A stretch of 64,000 bases of DNA, from NCBI GenBank assembly GCA_040770465.1, contig JAXGJB010000001.1, positions 64,001 through 128,000 of the forward strand, read 5' to 3'. A program made the translations under genes and the position numbers. Of this stretch, positions 9,648-19,930 are shown piece by piece. The DNA comes from Methanothrix sp. (lineage in GTDB: Archaea; Halobacteriota; Methanosarcinia; Methanotrichales; Methanotrichaceae). The number at the start of each line of letters is the position of its first letter. The first letter of the stretch is position 1. A model generated the notes under the pieces. It did not search any database. It was not told the DNA's origin and worked only from the letters and a program-made list of their open reading frames with translations.

Positions 9648-10961
9648 ATGATGCAAAATGTTGATACCACTAAATACGTAATTCACGCTGAGATCACGGC
9701 AGACGGGATCGTGGAGAGGCCCGACGTCGTCGGAGCCATATTCGGCCAGACCGAGGGTCTCCTGGGAAGCGACCTCGATCTGCGAGATCTCCAGAAGACC
9801 GGCCGGATCGGCCGGATCGACGTCCAGATCACGTCCAGCGGCGGCAAATCCTCCGGGACGATCTCGATACCCTCAAGCTTCGACAAGGTGGAGACCGCGA
9901 TCCTCGCCTCAGCCCTCGAGACGATCGATCGGGTTGGACCCTGCATAGCCAGGATCAAGATCTCCAACATCGAGGACGTCAGGGCCTCCAAGAGAAGGTA
10001 CGTGGTGGACCGGGCAAAGCAGATCATTATGGAGATGTTCGACGAGAACCTACTGGACACCCAGGGGATCACCGAACAGATTAAACAATCAGTAAGAGTT
10101 GAGGAGATCACCCACATCGGGCCGGACAAGCTTCCCGCAGGCCCCAACGTCCTCGACTCCGACGCCATCCTGGTGGTGGAGGGGAGGGCGGACGTCCTGA
10201 ACCTCCTCCGATACGGGATAAAGAACGCCGTCGCCGTCGGCGGAACGAACGTCCCTTCCACCATCGCGGAGCTCTGCAGCAAGAAGGTGGTGACTGCCTT
10301 CACCGATGGGGACCGGGGCGGGGAGCTGATCGTAAAGGAGCTTCTCCAGGTGGCGGACATCGATTACGTCGCCAGGGCCCCCGAGGGAAAGTGCGTCGAG
10401 GACATGTCCCAGAAGGAGATCGTGAGAGCCCTCCGCCAGAAGATCCCCGTAGAGCAGGTCCTGGACTTCTACAAGATCAAGCCCCTATCAAAGAAGCAGC
10501 GGCGTGACGTCACCACCAGGAGAAAGAGCCTCATCAGGGAGAGGCCTGTGCGGATCAGCAGGGGCGGCGATAGGAGCGCCGAGACGGCTCCCACCATCCA
10601 GATCCACGAGCCTGAGCCTGAGCTGGAGTACGAGGCCGAGCCGGAGCCGATGGCGGAAGAGGAGCCGGAGGTCGCCGAGGAGACGGTCCAGTGGTTCGTC
10701 CCCCACCTCGAAGACCTGAACGGCACCCTCTCCGCCCGTCTCTTCGATCGGAACCAGAACATGATCCGGGAGGTCGCCGTGCGGGACCTCGCAAAAGAGC
10801 TGAAGGAGTCGAACGGGGACGTGGCGGGTGTCATCTTCGACGGCGTCGTCACCCAGCGGATCCTGGACATAGCCGCAGACAAGAACCTGGAGTACCTGAT
10901 CGGGGCGAAGCTCGGCAACATCGTCAAAAGCCCCCTCTGCGTCAAGGTGATGACGGGATAG
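9648..10961 (+). CDS. dnaG: Archaeal DnaG (TOPRIM, exosome-associated)
   Basis: [39 protein letters not shown]. Confidence 0.96.
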   Translation: MMQNVDTTKYVIHAEITADGIVERPDVVGAIFGQTEGLLGSDLDLRDLQKTGRIGRIDVQITSSGGKSSGTISIPSSFDKVETAILASALETIDRVGPCIARIKISNIEDVRASKRRYVVDRAKQIIMEMFDENLLDTQGITEQIKQSVRVEEITHIGPDKLPAGPNVLDSDAILVVEGRADVLNLLRYGIKNAVAVGGTNVPSTIAELCSKKVVTAFTDGDRGGELIVKELLQVADIDYVARAPEGKCVEDMSQKEIVRALRQKIPVEQVLDFYKIKPLSKKQRRDVTTRRKSLIRERPVRISRGGDRSAETAPTIQIHEPEPELEYEAEPEPMAEEEPEVAEETVQWFVPHLEDLNGTLSARLFDRNQNMIREVAVRDLAKELKESNGDVAGVIFDGVVTQRILDIAADKNLEYLIGAKLGNIVKSPLCVKVMTG

Positions 10962-11148
10962 GCCGATGGGCCGGGATCGGACAACGTCTCCTTTTTTCAT
11001 CCATCCCCACCTCCCCCGGCCTGCCGCCCCTCCTCCGGATCGATTCCGGAGGAGAGGTCACGCTTTTGGGTCAAATCCATCGGGCCGGCGAGATCCCGGC
11101 CGCGGATGTGTACCCTTTTATCCTATGCGGCATCTAACCCTCGCCATC

Positions 11149-11493
11149 ATGGAGTTCAAGCAATGCATCGTCGTCCGCGAAGACCTGAAGCTCTCTTCCG
11201 GCAAGTTGGCGGTCCAGGTGGCCCACGCGGCGATCCTCGCCATGGAACGGGCTGACAAGCGCGTCGTCAGGGACTGGAAGGAGGAGGGGCAGAGGAAGAT
11301 CGTCCTCAAGGTCTCCGCCCTAGCGGATATCTTCAGGCTGAGGGAGGAGTCGGAGCGGGCCGGGGTCGCGTCCGCCATAGTGATCGATGCGGGGCTCACC
11401 GAGATCCCTCCCGGAACCGTCACCGCTCTCGGCCTCGGGCCAGCGTCGGCGGCCATGCTGGATAGAATCACTGGAAACCTTAAGCTCGTCTGA
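11149..11493 (+). CDS. pth2: Peptidyl-tRNA hydrolase Pth2
   Basis: KQCIVVREDLKLSSGKLAVQVAHA, DAGLTEIPPGT; TATA-like CTTTTATC about 25 nt upstream suggests a leaderless mRNA. Confidence 0.93.
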   Translation: MEFKQCIVVREDLKLSSGKLAVQVAHAAILAMERADKRVVRDWKEEGQRKIVLKVSALADIFRLREESERAGVASAIVIDAGLTEIPPGTVTALGLGPASAAMLDRITGNLKLV

Positions 11494-11512
11494 GGGTCGG
11501 AGGAGATCGAGG

Positions 11513-12793
11513 ATGATGGAGGCCCCAGAGTTCGATCGGTCGATTGGGATGGAGCTTTACGCCACCAATTCTTTGGGATGCGGGGGGCGGCTCCGGGCGA
11601 GGAGCGAGGACTTCGTCGTCGAGGAGATCGCCCTCGACCAGAGCTACGAGGGGGGACGCTTCCTGATCGTCGAGGTCGAGAAGACGGACTGGGACACGCA
11701 CCATCTCGTAAGAGACCTGTCGCGCCAGCTCAAGATCAGCCAGAAGAGGATTTCTTGGGCCGGGACCAAAGACAAGAACGCCGTCACTCGGCAGAGGATG
11801 AGCATCTCCGGCCTCGACGAAGATGAGCTATCTCGGTCGAGCCTCCCCGACGTCAAGATCCGGGCACTGGGAAGGTCCAACAGGGCGGTGGCCCTGGGCG
11901 ACCTCCGCGGAAATAGGTTCTCGATCCGGATCAGAGAGATCGACCTCGAAGAGGACGAGGCGTCCCGCCGCCTGGAGGCGGTCACCGGAGAGATCCGCGC
12001 CCAAGGCGGCCTTCCCAACTACTTCGGGGTCCAGAGGTTCGGCGAGGTGAGGCCGGTGACCCACCTCGTCGGCGAGGCCCTGGTGAGGGGCGACCCGGAG
12101 ATGGCGGCGATGACCTACCTTGCCCTCCCCTTCCCCGGCGAGCCAGAGACGACCCGGTCGGCCAGGGCGAAGCTCCTCGCCGACCGGGACTTCGGCCAGG
12201 CCCTAAAAGAGTATCCTCTCCGCCTCCGCTACGAGAGGGCGATGATCAGCCGCCTTATGGAGGGGAGCGACTGGGCCACCTCCTTCGACGTCCTCGCAAA
12301 AAACCTCAAGCGGCTCTTCGTCCACGCCTACCAGTCCCTCCTATTCAACCGGATCCTCTCCCGGAGGATGAGGGCGGGGCTCCCTCTGGACCGGGCGGTG
12401 GAAGGAGACGTCGTCTGCTTCTCGAAGGACGGCCTTCCCGACCCCGACAAGATCCAGGCCGTCGACGGGACGAACCTCGCCGCGGTCAACAGGCTCGCCG
12501 AGAGGGGGAGGGCCTTTGTGACCCTTCCCCTCTTCGGATACGAGTCGGAGTTTGCAGACGGGGTCCCAGGCGAGATGGAGAGGTCGGTCCTGGAAGAGGA
12601 GGGGGTCGAGCAGTCCGACTTCAGGGTCCCGGCGAACCCGGACCTCGGCTCGCCGGGGTACCGGAGGCCGGCCCTCCTCAGGTTCGACCCCGTCGTGGTG
12701 GTCGAGGGAGGGGGCTCCGCCCTCCTCAAATTCGACCTTCCGGCTGGCTCTTACGCCACCGTCGTCCTCAGAGAGTACATGAAGAGCGCATGA
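11513..12793 (+). CDS. truD: tRNA pseudouridine(13) synthase
   Basis: EDFVVEE, AGTKDKNAVT, PNYFGVQRFG, GSYATVVLRE. Confidence 0.95.
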   Translation: MMEAPEFDRSIGMELYATNSLGCGGRLRARSEDFVVEEIALDQSYEGGRFLIVEVEKTDWDTHHLVRDLSRQLKISQKRISWAGTKDKNAVTRQRMSISGLDEDELSRSSLPDVKIRALGRSNRAVALGDLRGNRFSIRIREIDLEEDEASRRLEAVTGEIRAQGGLPNYFGVQRFGEVRPVTHLVGEALVRGDPEMAAMTYLALPFPGEPETTRSARAKLLADRDFGQALKEYPLRLRYERAMISRLMEGSDWATSFDVLAKNLKRLFVHAYQSLLFNRILSRRMRAGLPLDRAVEGDVVCFSKDGLPDPDKIQAVDGTNLAAVNRLAERGRAFVTLPLFGYESEFADGVPGEMERSVLEEEGVEQSDFRVPANPDLGSPGYRRPALLRFDPVVVVEGGGSALLKFDLPAGSYATVVLREYMKSA

Positions 12794-12957
12794 AGAGCGG
12801 GGCGATGGACGACTACTGGACGACGCCGGGGAATATGAGCCCCACGAGGCGGGAGTATATCGGCCCCCATGATCACGCCCATTATCAGAGATCTTATAGT
12901 CCAGAGCCCTAAACTGTAAAATGATGATATGCTTGCATTCGTTCGAGGTGTTCATCC

Positions 12958-13851
12958 GTGCTCAGTCTTGACGATCCATATGCCGTGGTCTACAGACAGA
13001 TCCACGCCGTATCAAGCCTCGACGGCGGTGCCGTTGAGATCCTGGAGAGGTCCTCCTGCTACGGAGGCGGGGCCTGGTCCCTTTACCATTACTCGAAGGG
13101 CCCATTGGTTGTGAGCTCCCGATCGGTGGGGGAGTGGTTCCGGTACCTGGTGAAGGCTGGGAAGGCGGACCTGGACCTCGCCTCCTCCAGAAGATCGGCG
13201 GGGATCGAGTCTGTTCTGGTCGGAGCCGACGAGGTGGAGATAACCTACGCCGGCCTCGGCGGTGGCGGAGTGGGGGCGACAGTCTCAAGGTCGAGGGCCG
13301 GGGACGTCCTCAGGTCCGATGTATCCGAGTCTGGCGGGGGGAAGGTGGGCCGGGGTACGATCGTCCTTCCCCGGCGGGAGAGGATAGTCATCGGGGTCGA
13401 CGACACCGACTCCAAGACCGAAGGGGCCACGTGGTCGCTCGTCCACAACATCTCCCTCAAAGTCGACCGCCCTGAGGCGAGGTACGTATCCCACGCCCTG
13501 GTCCAGCTCTTCCCCGTCCCCACCAAGACCCAGAACTGCGTATCCACGGTGGTGGAGTTCGCCGCCCTCCCCGGCAAAGCCGAAGGGATGCTGGCGGACT
13601 TCAAAGCCCTCCTGGAGCGGTACAGCGTCTCGGAGAACACGGGGATGGCCGTCTTCAGAGGGTTTGACCCCTCGCCCCTGATGGACTACTCTCACTTGTG
13701 CAGAAGAGAGAGAATACCCTACGAGCTGGCCGTCGAGACGGCGAGAAAGACCGGAACAGAAGTCGTCCTCGCCGGCCAGGGGCTGATAGGGGCGCTGGCG
13801 GCGATCCCCTTCTGCGCGAATCCGCTCGAGTCGGTGAGCCCCGAGGTCTGA
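12958..13851 (+). CDS. Methanogenesis marker protein 11 (TiaS-related fold)
   Basis: DPY, CYGGGAW, YAGLGGGGVGA, IGVDDTDS...GATW, KTQNC, GLIGALAA. Confidence 0.82.
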   Translation: MLSLDDPYAVVYRQIHAVSSLDGGAVEILERSSCYGGGAWSLYHYSKGPLVVSSRSVGEWFRYLVKAGKADLDLASSRRSAGIESVLVGADEVEITYAGLGGGGVGATVSRSRAGDVLRSDVSESGGGKVGRGTIVLPRRERIVIGVDDTDSKTEGATWSLVHNISLKVDRPEARYVSHALVQLFPVPTKTQNCVSTVVEFAALPGKAEGMLADFKALLERYSVSENTGMAVFRGFDPSPLMDYSHLCRRERIPYELAVETARKTGTEVVLAGQGLIGALAAIPFCANPLESVSPEV

Positions 13852-13863
13852 AGAGGCGGTTTT

Positions 13864-15417
13864 GTGAAGAGCGGTCCGACTGGCGTGGACGCTTTGCGAG
13901 GGGCTCTCGCCGAACACAGGGTCGATCTCCGGATATACGTTCCCGGCTACCCCATAACCGACGCCATCCCCGCCCTGGGAAATGCAGCCCAGATGGCCGC
14001 AAATGAGAAGGTGGCGATGGAGGTGGCCCTGGGGGCCTCGGCTTCGGGAAGGCGATCCATCGTCCTTGTGAAGCACCTGGGACTAAACCTCCTCTCCGAC
14101 CCCCTCTCCATCGCCCCGACCCATTCCATCGGGGCGGGGCTGGTGGTCCTGGCCGGAGAGGACGTGGGACCTAAAGGGTCCCAGGTCGAGATGGACGAGA
14201 GAAACTACGGCCCCCTCTGCGAGATCCCCGTCCTTGACCCGGCGAGCCCCGACCTTCTGGGCCGGGCCCTCCAAGAGGCCTACTCGCTCTCCGAGATGAT
14301 CAGAGCCCCGGCGATGGTCAGGACCACCTTCGAGTTCAAAGATACGATCAAAGATACGATCAAAGATACGGTCAAAGATACGGTCAACGAGGCGGGAGGA
14401 AGTCCGGCTTTCGGCGAGCCTCCGGGAAGCGCCGACGAGAGGGGCGAGGAAGGCTTCGGCGTCTTCGACCGTTCGATCTGGGACCTGACGGCGAAGGGGC
14501 GCCACATGAAGTACAGGAGCGAGGCTCTGCCGGCGATGGAGTCCGCCTCCACCGCCTCTTCGCTGAACTTCTTGAGGGATGGTGCCGGAGAGATCGGGAT
14601 CATAGCCTCGGGGAGGCCCGCAAGCTTAGCTCTTAACCTGACGGCGGAGGTTCCCATCCTGGTCGCAGGATATTCCCATCCCCTCCCCTGGGAGATGATC
14701 CAGCAGTTCTCTCACAAGCACGACGCGATCCTGGTGGCAGAAGAGCCGACCCCCTTCATCGAGGCGCGCCTCCATCTCTGCGGAAAGGTCTTCGGTAAGA
14801 TGACCGGCCACCTCCCCTGGGGAAAGATGGAGGCAGAGGATCTGAAACGGGCTCTCGATCTGATCGCTTCAGGCGAAGTGCCCGGTCCCGCCCCCTCGCC
14901 CCAGAGGTTTCTGGACCGGCCGGGGTCGAGGAACGTCTGCGACGACTGCCCCTTCCGACCGGTCTACGAGGCGGTCGGTGGCTTCTCGGTCCCGGTGGCG
15001 GGAGACGCCGGATGCAGCATCAGGGCTGTCAGGCCGCCCCTGGAGGCGGTGGACGTCGTCTACGGCCTCGGCTCCTCGGTGGCCGTCGCCTCTGGATTCG
15101 GCAGAAAGGGGGTCTCCCTCGTCGGCGACTACGCCATGGCCCACTCCGGACTTCTTGGGCTGATCGACTCAGTGAATAACAATAGAGAGGTGCTGGTCGT
15201 CCTCCTCAAAAACGGCGTCGCGGCGATGACCGGAGGCCAGAGCGTCCCCGACATCACCCCGGTCCTCGAGGCGATCGTCCCCTCCTTGCGGACCGTCGAC
15301 CTTCCGGAGGGAGAAGAGGAAATTGGTGAAATTTTGAGAGAGGAGCTGGCGAATCCCGGCGTCTCCCTGGTGGTGGCGAGGGGGATATGCCCGAGACGGG
15401 GTCCCGCAGCCAGATGA
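13864..15417 (+). CDS. ThDP-dependent IorA-like protein (no ferredoxin domain)
   Basis: VPGYPIT, NEKVAMEVALGAS, KHLGLN, CxxCPFR, GDAGC, GD...HSG...N...MTGGQ. Confidence 0.8.
   Translation: MKSGPTGVDALRGALAEHRVDLRIYVPGYPITDAIPALGNAAQMAANEKVAMEVALGASASGRRSIVLVKHLGLNLLSDPLSIAPTHSIGAGLVVLAGEDVGPKGSQVEMDERNYGPLCEIPVLDPASPDLLGRALQEAYSLSEMIRAPAMVRTTFEFKDTIKDTIKDTVKDTVNEAGGSPAFGEPPGSADERGEEGFGVFDRSIWDLTAKGRHMKYRSEALPAMESASTASSLNFLRDGAGEIGIIASGRPASLALNLTAEVPILVAGYSHPLPWEMIQQFSHKHDAILVAEEPTPFIEARLHLCGKVFGKMTGHLPWGKMEAEDLKRALDLIASGEVPGPAPSPQRFLDRPGSRNVCDDCPFRPVYEAVGGFSVPVAGDAGCSIRAVRPPLEAVDVVYGLGSSVAVASGFGRKGVSLVGDYAMAHSGLLGLIDSVNNNREVLVVLLKNGVAAMTGGQSVPDITPVLEAIVPSLRTVDLPEGEEEIGEILREELANPGVSLVVARGICPRRGPAAR
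14337..14387 (+). repeat. In-frame 12-bp tandem repeat (CAAAGATACGRT x4)
   Basis: Encodes KDTI-KDTI-KDTV-KDTV. Confidence 0.95.
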
Positions 15418-15428
15418 CGATCAGACCT

Positions 15429-16265
15429 TCAAAGCACGATCTCCGTCCCCACGCAAGTTTGGACGAACCGATCCGGAAACGTAGCCGCCAGAGCCGAGGC
15501 GGCGGCAAAACCGGTGCAGTGAGACGGGGCCAGGATCTCGAGGTCGAGTTCTCGGAGCGCCTCAATCGTCTTGGGAAGCTTATCCTCGCCGCCGAATCCG
15601 AGATGGGTTCCGCCGGCGACCCCCACAATCCTCTCGATTCCCGTCACCTCTCTCGCGCGAAGGAGGGTGTTGATCATCCCCGAATGGGCGCACCCCAGGA
15701 GGACGAAGATCCCTCTCTTCAAAACCATCACCAGAGCCTGGTCGTCCATGATGGGATCGACGACGACCTCGCCCTCCTCCGATAATACGACCAGATCTTC
15801 GCAGGCGCCCTCAAAATCGGTGATCCTCGGGACCTCGCCCGTGAGCCAGAGGCCGGGAACGATTTCTCGCGCCTCCCTCGAAAGCTCGAAACTAGCGCCC
15901 ATCCTCTCCAGCTCCCCTCGATCGAAGGGGAGCCCGATCTGCCTCAGTGCCCCGCCCCGCCGGGTGTACCGTGAGGCGAAGACGTCGGGATGGGCGTGGA
16001 CGGGAACGGGGCCGGTCCTCTCAAGAACGCTGGCGAGGCCTCCGGTGTGGTCGTAATGTCCGTGGCTCAGGACGATGGGGAGGCCCGCCAGGTCGATCCC
16101 CAGCAGATCGGCGTTGTGGACGGCAGTTGTGGTCTGGCCCGCATCGAATATCATCCTGTAGTCCCCGAACTCCAAGTAGACCGAGAAGCCGTGCTCAGCC
16201 AGGAACTCTCGCCTCAGACCAGCCGAGTTCTCGGTGAGGATGACAAGCCTTGCATCTACGTCCAG
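15429..16265 (-). CDS. MBL-fold metallo-hydrolase (COG1237-like; related to methanopterin synthesis enzymes)
   Basis: AEHGFSVY, FDAGQ, SHGHYDHTGG, DDQAL, GCAHSG, GGTH, HCTG. The frame extends upstream of the listed TTG to a CTG at 16265; the start is uncertain. Confidence 0.85.
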   Translation of the reverse strand: MDVDARLVILTENSAGLRREFLAEHGFSVYLEFGDYRMIFDAGQTTTAVHNADLLGIDLAGLPIVLSHGHYDHTGGLASVLERTGPVPVHAHPDVFASRYTRRGGALRQIGLPFDRGELERMGASFELSREAREIVPGLWLTGEVPRITDFEGACEDLVVLSEEGEVVVDPIMDDQALVMVLKRGIFVLLGCAHSGMINTLLRAREVTGIERIVGVAGGTHLGFGGEDKLPKTIEALRELDLEILAPSHCTGFAAASALAATFPDRFVQTCVGTEIVL

Positions 16266-16316
16266 CTTTCAAACCCCCAATATCGTAAAAGCCGCTTCAG
16301 GCATTTATGCATCATT

Positions 16317-18317
16317 TCAACTCTTCCAGAAGTCGGGTATCAGCAGGACCAGGACCGTCATGATCTCAAGCCTCCCTATCCACATGCAGACGACGAGGAT
16401 TAGCTTGCCCAGGCCCGGAACCTCGGAGTAGTTGTCCGTCGGGCCGAAGCGGTTGAAGCCGGGGCCGACGTTTCCCAGGGTCGTGGCCACGGCGGAGGCT
16501 GCGCTGATCATGTCGATGTTGCCGCTGTGGCCGGACCCGAAGAATACCTCGTCCCCCATCCTGGTGTAGACCACCGAGAGGTTCAGGGGCCTTCTGTCCA
16601 CGTCTATAATCTTCGTGCCGTTCCCTGGGGCGACGAAACATGCGACGTCGCTGACGTTCCCCGGGGAGCCGCGGAGCTCTTCGGCTCCACCAAGCTCTCC
16701 CGACCCGAAGCAGACGATCCTCTGATCATCTCCGGAGCCTGAGACGAAGCATACGATCTCCCCCGCCGCCGTCTCCTCCTCCGCGATGGAAGTGACCGAC
16801 GCGAAGATCACCGTAGCCGCGGCGAAGATGAGAAGGTACATGGCGATGAATATGAGGATCGAGTTTAGGACGTCCTCTTTGACGGGGCTCGTCTTCAGCT
16901 TCACCGCCATCACCGCCTTCGGGTGGAGGGCCCGGAATAGCTCACGCCTTCCGTACTTCATGGTGAGGAGGATCCGGACGAGCTTGATCCCTCCCGCCGT
17001 CGACCCGGCACAGGCGCCCGTGAACATCAGCAACAGGAGGATCAGCTTTGCGGGGCTGGTCCAGAGGTCGTAGTCTGCGGTGGCAAATCCCGTGGTGGTG
17101 ATGATCGAGACCGTCTGGAAGGCGGCGGTCCTGAGGCGGAGGCTCGCCAGCTCCAACCCCTCTGGATGGGTACCGTCGGACGGGAAGCTCTCATCGATCC
17201 CTCCGATGAGGATGGCGACTACGATGGCGAAGAGGACCAGAAGGGAGTAGAACCTGAACTCGGGGTCCCTCACAAGGCTCTTTCTGCTGGTGTACATCGT
17301 CCTATAGTGGAGGGCGAAGTTCGCTCCGGATAGGAACATGAAGACTATCACGATCACCTGTATGAAGGATCCGTAAAAGTCGTGGCCGCTGTAGTAGGCG
17401 ATGCTGTCAACCCGGGGGGAGAAGCCGCCCGTCGATACGGTTGAGAAGGTGTTGCATACCGCATCGTACGCCGGCATCTTCGCCAGCATCAGAAGCAGAA
17501 ATTCGGCGGCCGTGAGGACCATGTAGACGCCCCACAGGATCTTAGCAGTCTCTTTTATCCGGGGCCTTATCAGATCCTCCGTCGGCCCCGGGACCTCTGC
17601 CTTGAAGAGCTGCCGGCCCGCCACGCCCAGGTTCGGGAGGATGGCTATGAAAAGGACGATGATCCCCATCCCGCCGAGCCACTGAGTGAAGCACCTCCAG
17701 AAGAGGAGTCCTCGATAACTCGGACCGGATAGGGTGTTGCTGAGGTCGATCTCGCCTCCGACGAGGGTTGTGTTCAAGGTCGTGTTCAGGCTGGTGTTGA
17801 GGCTGTTGTTGAGAATTGTCTCGTTGAGTGAAGATATGTTCGATGCCACCAAGTTGGCTGTGCCGACGGCTGCGCCAATAGTGGAATCGTTGAAGACCAT
17901 ATGTGAGAGGGTGGCTGCAAGGCTGTGGCTTGCGGCGGTGGCGTTGACGATCCAGAGGCCATCGGCTCCACCCTCTGCGAGGATCGTGGCCCCCGTCGTC
18001 GTAAAGCCGGACATCGACTCGAATATGGCGTCTACGGGGCTGAGACCCATGAGAATGTAAGGAAGGGCCCCGGTGGCCGCCGCCCCCAGCCATCCGAAGG
18101 CCACCAGGGCGAACCCCTCCTTGTTGGAGAGGATATTCTCCTCCCCCAGACGCTCCATTGCGAGGCCGAGGGAGAGGGTGAAGATGGCAGGGAAGACGAA
18201 GGCTATCACCCCATCGATCTCGCCGTAGAGAAGTGATACTCCGGCGGGAATGAGCATCAACACCCCCAGCAACTTAAATAGGTTACCAAAGACCTTGAGA
18301 AAAACCCTGATCCTCAC
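16317..18317 (-). CDS. trkH: TrkH potassium uptake permease with two large insertions
   Basis: Four pore motifs SGFTTTGA, STGGF, TTTGF, LGNVGPG; GSTAGGIK; GRLE. Confidence 0.93.
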   Translation of the reverse strand: MRIRVFLKVFGNLFKLLGVLMLIPAGVSLLYGEIDGVIAFVFPAIFTLSLGLAMERLGEENILSNKEGFALVAFGWLGAAATGALPYILMGLSPVDAIFESMSGFTTTGATILAEGGADGLWIVNATAASHSLAATLSHMVFNDSTIGAAVGTANLVASNISSLNETILNNSLNTSLNTTLNTTLVGGEIDLSNTLSGPSYRGLLFWRCFTQWLGGMGIIVLFIAILPNLGVAGRQLFKAEVPGPTEDLIRPRIKETAKILWGVYMVLTAAEFLLLMLAKMPAYDAVCNTFSTVSTGGFSPRVDSIAYYSGHDFYGSFIQVIVIVFMFLSGANFALHYRTMYTSRKSLVRDPEFRFYSLLVLFAIVVAILIGGIDESFPSDGTHPEGLELASLRLRTAAFQTVSIITTTGFATADYDLWTSPAKLILLLLMFTGACAGSTAGGIKLVRILLTMKYGRRELFRALHPKAVMAVKLKTSPVKEDVLNSILIFIAMYLLIFAAATVIFASVTSIAEEETAAGEIVCFVSGSGDDQRIVCFGSGELGGAEELRGSPGNVSDVACFVAPGNGTKIIDVDRRPLNLSVVYTRMGDEVFFGSGHSGNIDMISAASAVATTLGNVGPGFNRFGPTDNYSEVPGLGKLILVVCMWIGRLEIMTVLVLLIPDFWKS

Positions 18318-18626
18318 GTCATCCCTCCTTCACATCATCTGACTCAGATATCTGAAGTCCCTTTAAAGAACCCTCGCCCTCTATTTTACGATGATGGTTG
18401 AACTAAATCCTTTAGAGCATAATACAGATGATATAATATACTGGAGTTCACGGTCACTTTCTGAGCAGCAGCCACGGATCATCGATCTGAACAGTTCCGC
18501 GCCGGACGAAAATAGCATTCGACGGGGTCTTTTGGGGCAGGCAGAATTGCAGTTTTCTGCCTCTCTCACTTTCGATGATCGCCGAGCATCAAACCGGGCT
18601 GACGCCCTCCAGGCAGCCCCTCATAT

Positions 18627-19808
18627 TCAGAGGTCGGGATAGACTATCTCGATGTCCAGGTCGTGGATCAGCTTTCTGAGCTCGTCGCAGGATATGGGCC
18701 GCTTGTACTCGCTGCACCTCTTCACCCTCTCGGCGAGTAGGCATATCTCGTCCCTCTTCAGGTCGTAGCCCATCTTCTTTGTTATATGCTTGAGGGCCCG
18801 AGCCCCGGTGTGCTTTCCGATTATTATCCTCCTCGCCGACCCCACCATCTCGGGGGAGTAAAGCTCGTAGGTTCGGGGCTCCTCCAACACCGCTGCCACG
18901 TGGATCCCCGACTCGTGGGCGAAGGCGTTGTCTCCGACCACCGCCTTGTTCTTCGGCATCATGACCCCCGAGTAGCTCTGGACGAGCTTCGAGAGGTGTG
19001 TGAGCTTTGTGGTGTCGTACCGCTCCACGCCGTAGTGGACTCTGAGGGCCACCATCAGCTCCTCGAGAGGGGTGTTCCCACTCCTCTCTCCGATCCCGTT
19101 GACGGTGGTGTGGAGCTGTTTTGCCCCGGCCTCGGCCGCCGCCAGGGTGTTGGCCAGGGCCATCCCCAGGTCGTCGTGGCAGTGCATGCATATCGGGATA
19201 CTTACCGCCTTTTTGATCTCGCTGACCAGAAAGAAGGTGGTCCGGGGGTTCAAGATCCCCACAGTATCGGCGATGCTGACGTAGTCTGCATTGTACTCCT
19301 CTGCCTTCCTGTACAACCGTTTCAAAAGCCCAAAGTCGGTCCGGGTCGCGTCCTCCGCCGAGAACCTGACTATGAGGCCATGGTCTTTTGCGTACTCCAC
19401 CGTCTCAAAGGCGCACTTGACCGCCTCGGCGCAGGTCATGTGGAGCTTGTACTTCAGGTGGAGGTCGGAGGTGGCGATGAAGACGCTGACCATGTCCACG
19501 TCGCAGTCCAGGGCGGCGTCCACGTCCTTGGGGACGGACCGTGAGAGGACCGAGATCTTTGAGTCGAGGCCGAGGTTGGAGACGTCCTGGACGGCCCTCC
19601 TCTCCGCCTCCGATACGACCGGAAAGCCCGCCTCGATGATCTCCACCCCCACCTCGTTCAGCTTGATGGCGATATCCAGCTTCTCGTCGGGCCTGAAGAC
19701 GACGCCGGGCATCTGCTCACCGTCTCTCAGGGTGACATCGCAGACCTCGATATCGATCTTTGGAGTTTTTGCGAGTTCTAGAAACTGATTGACGGAATAA
19801 TCTTGCAT
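18627..19808 (-). CDS. aksA: Homocitrate synthase family (AksA-like)
   Basis: DVTLRDGEQ, HCHDDLG, NGIGERSGN, AHESGIH; no C-terminal regulatory domain. Confidence 0.78.
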   Translation of the reverse strand: MQDYSVNQFLELAKTPKIDIEVCDVTLRDGEQMPGVVFRPDEKLDIAIKLNEVGVEIIEAGFPVVSEAERRAVQDVSNLGLDSKISVLSRSVPKDVDAALDCDVDMVSVFIATSDLHLKYKLHMTCAEAVKCAFETVEYAKDHGLIVRFSAEDATRTDFGLLKRLYRKAEEYNADYVSIADTVGILNPRTTFFLVSEIKKAVSIPICMHCHDDLGMALANTLAAAEAGAKQLHTTVNGIGERSGNTPLEELMVALRVHYGVERYDTTKLTHLSKLVQSYSGVMMPKNKAVVGDNAFAHESGIHVAAVLEEPRTYELYSPEMVGSARRIIIGKHTGARALKHITKKMGYDLKRDEICLLAERVKRCSEYKRPISCDELRKLIHDLDIEIVYPDL

Positions 19809-19930
19809 GTCGGGATGATATGTGGCGCCCCTCGGTTAAATCGGTTTCGAAGGCAACTGGCGTCCGGCTTCAACTAAGTTTTCTGTTTATCCTCATGGGA
19901 AGGGAGAAACGCCATCGGTTAATGGAGGAA

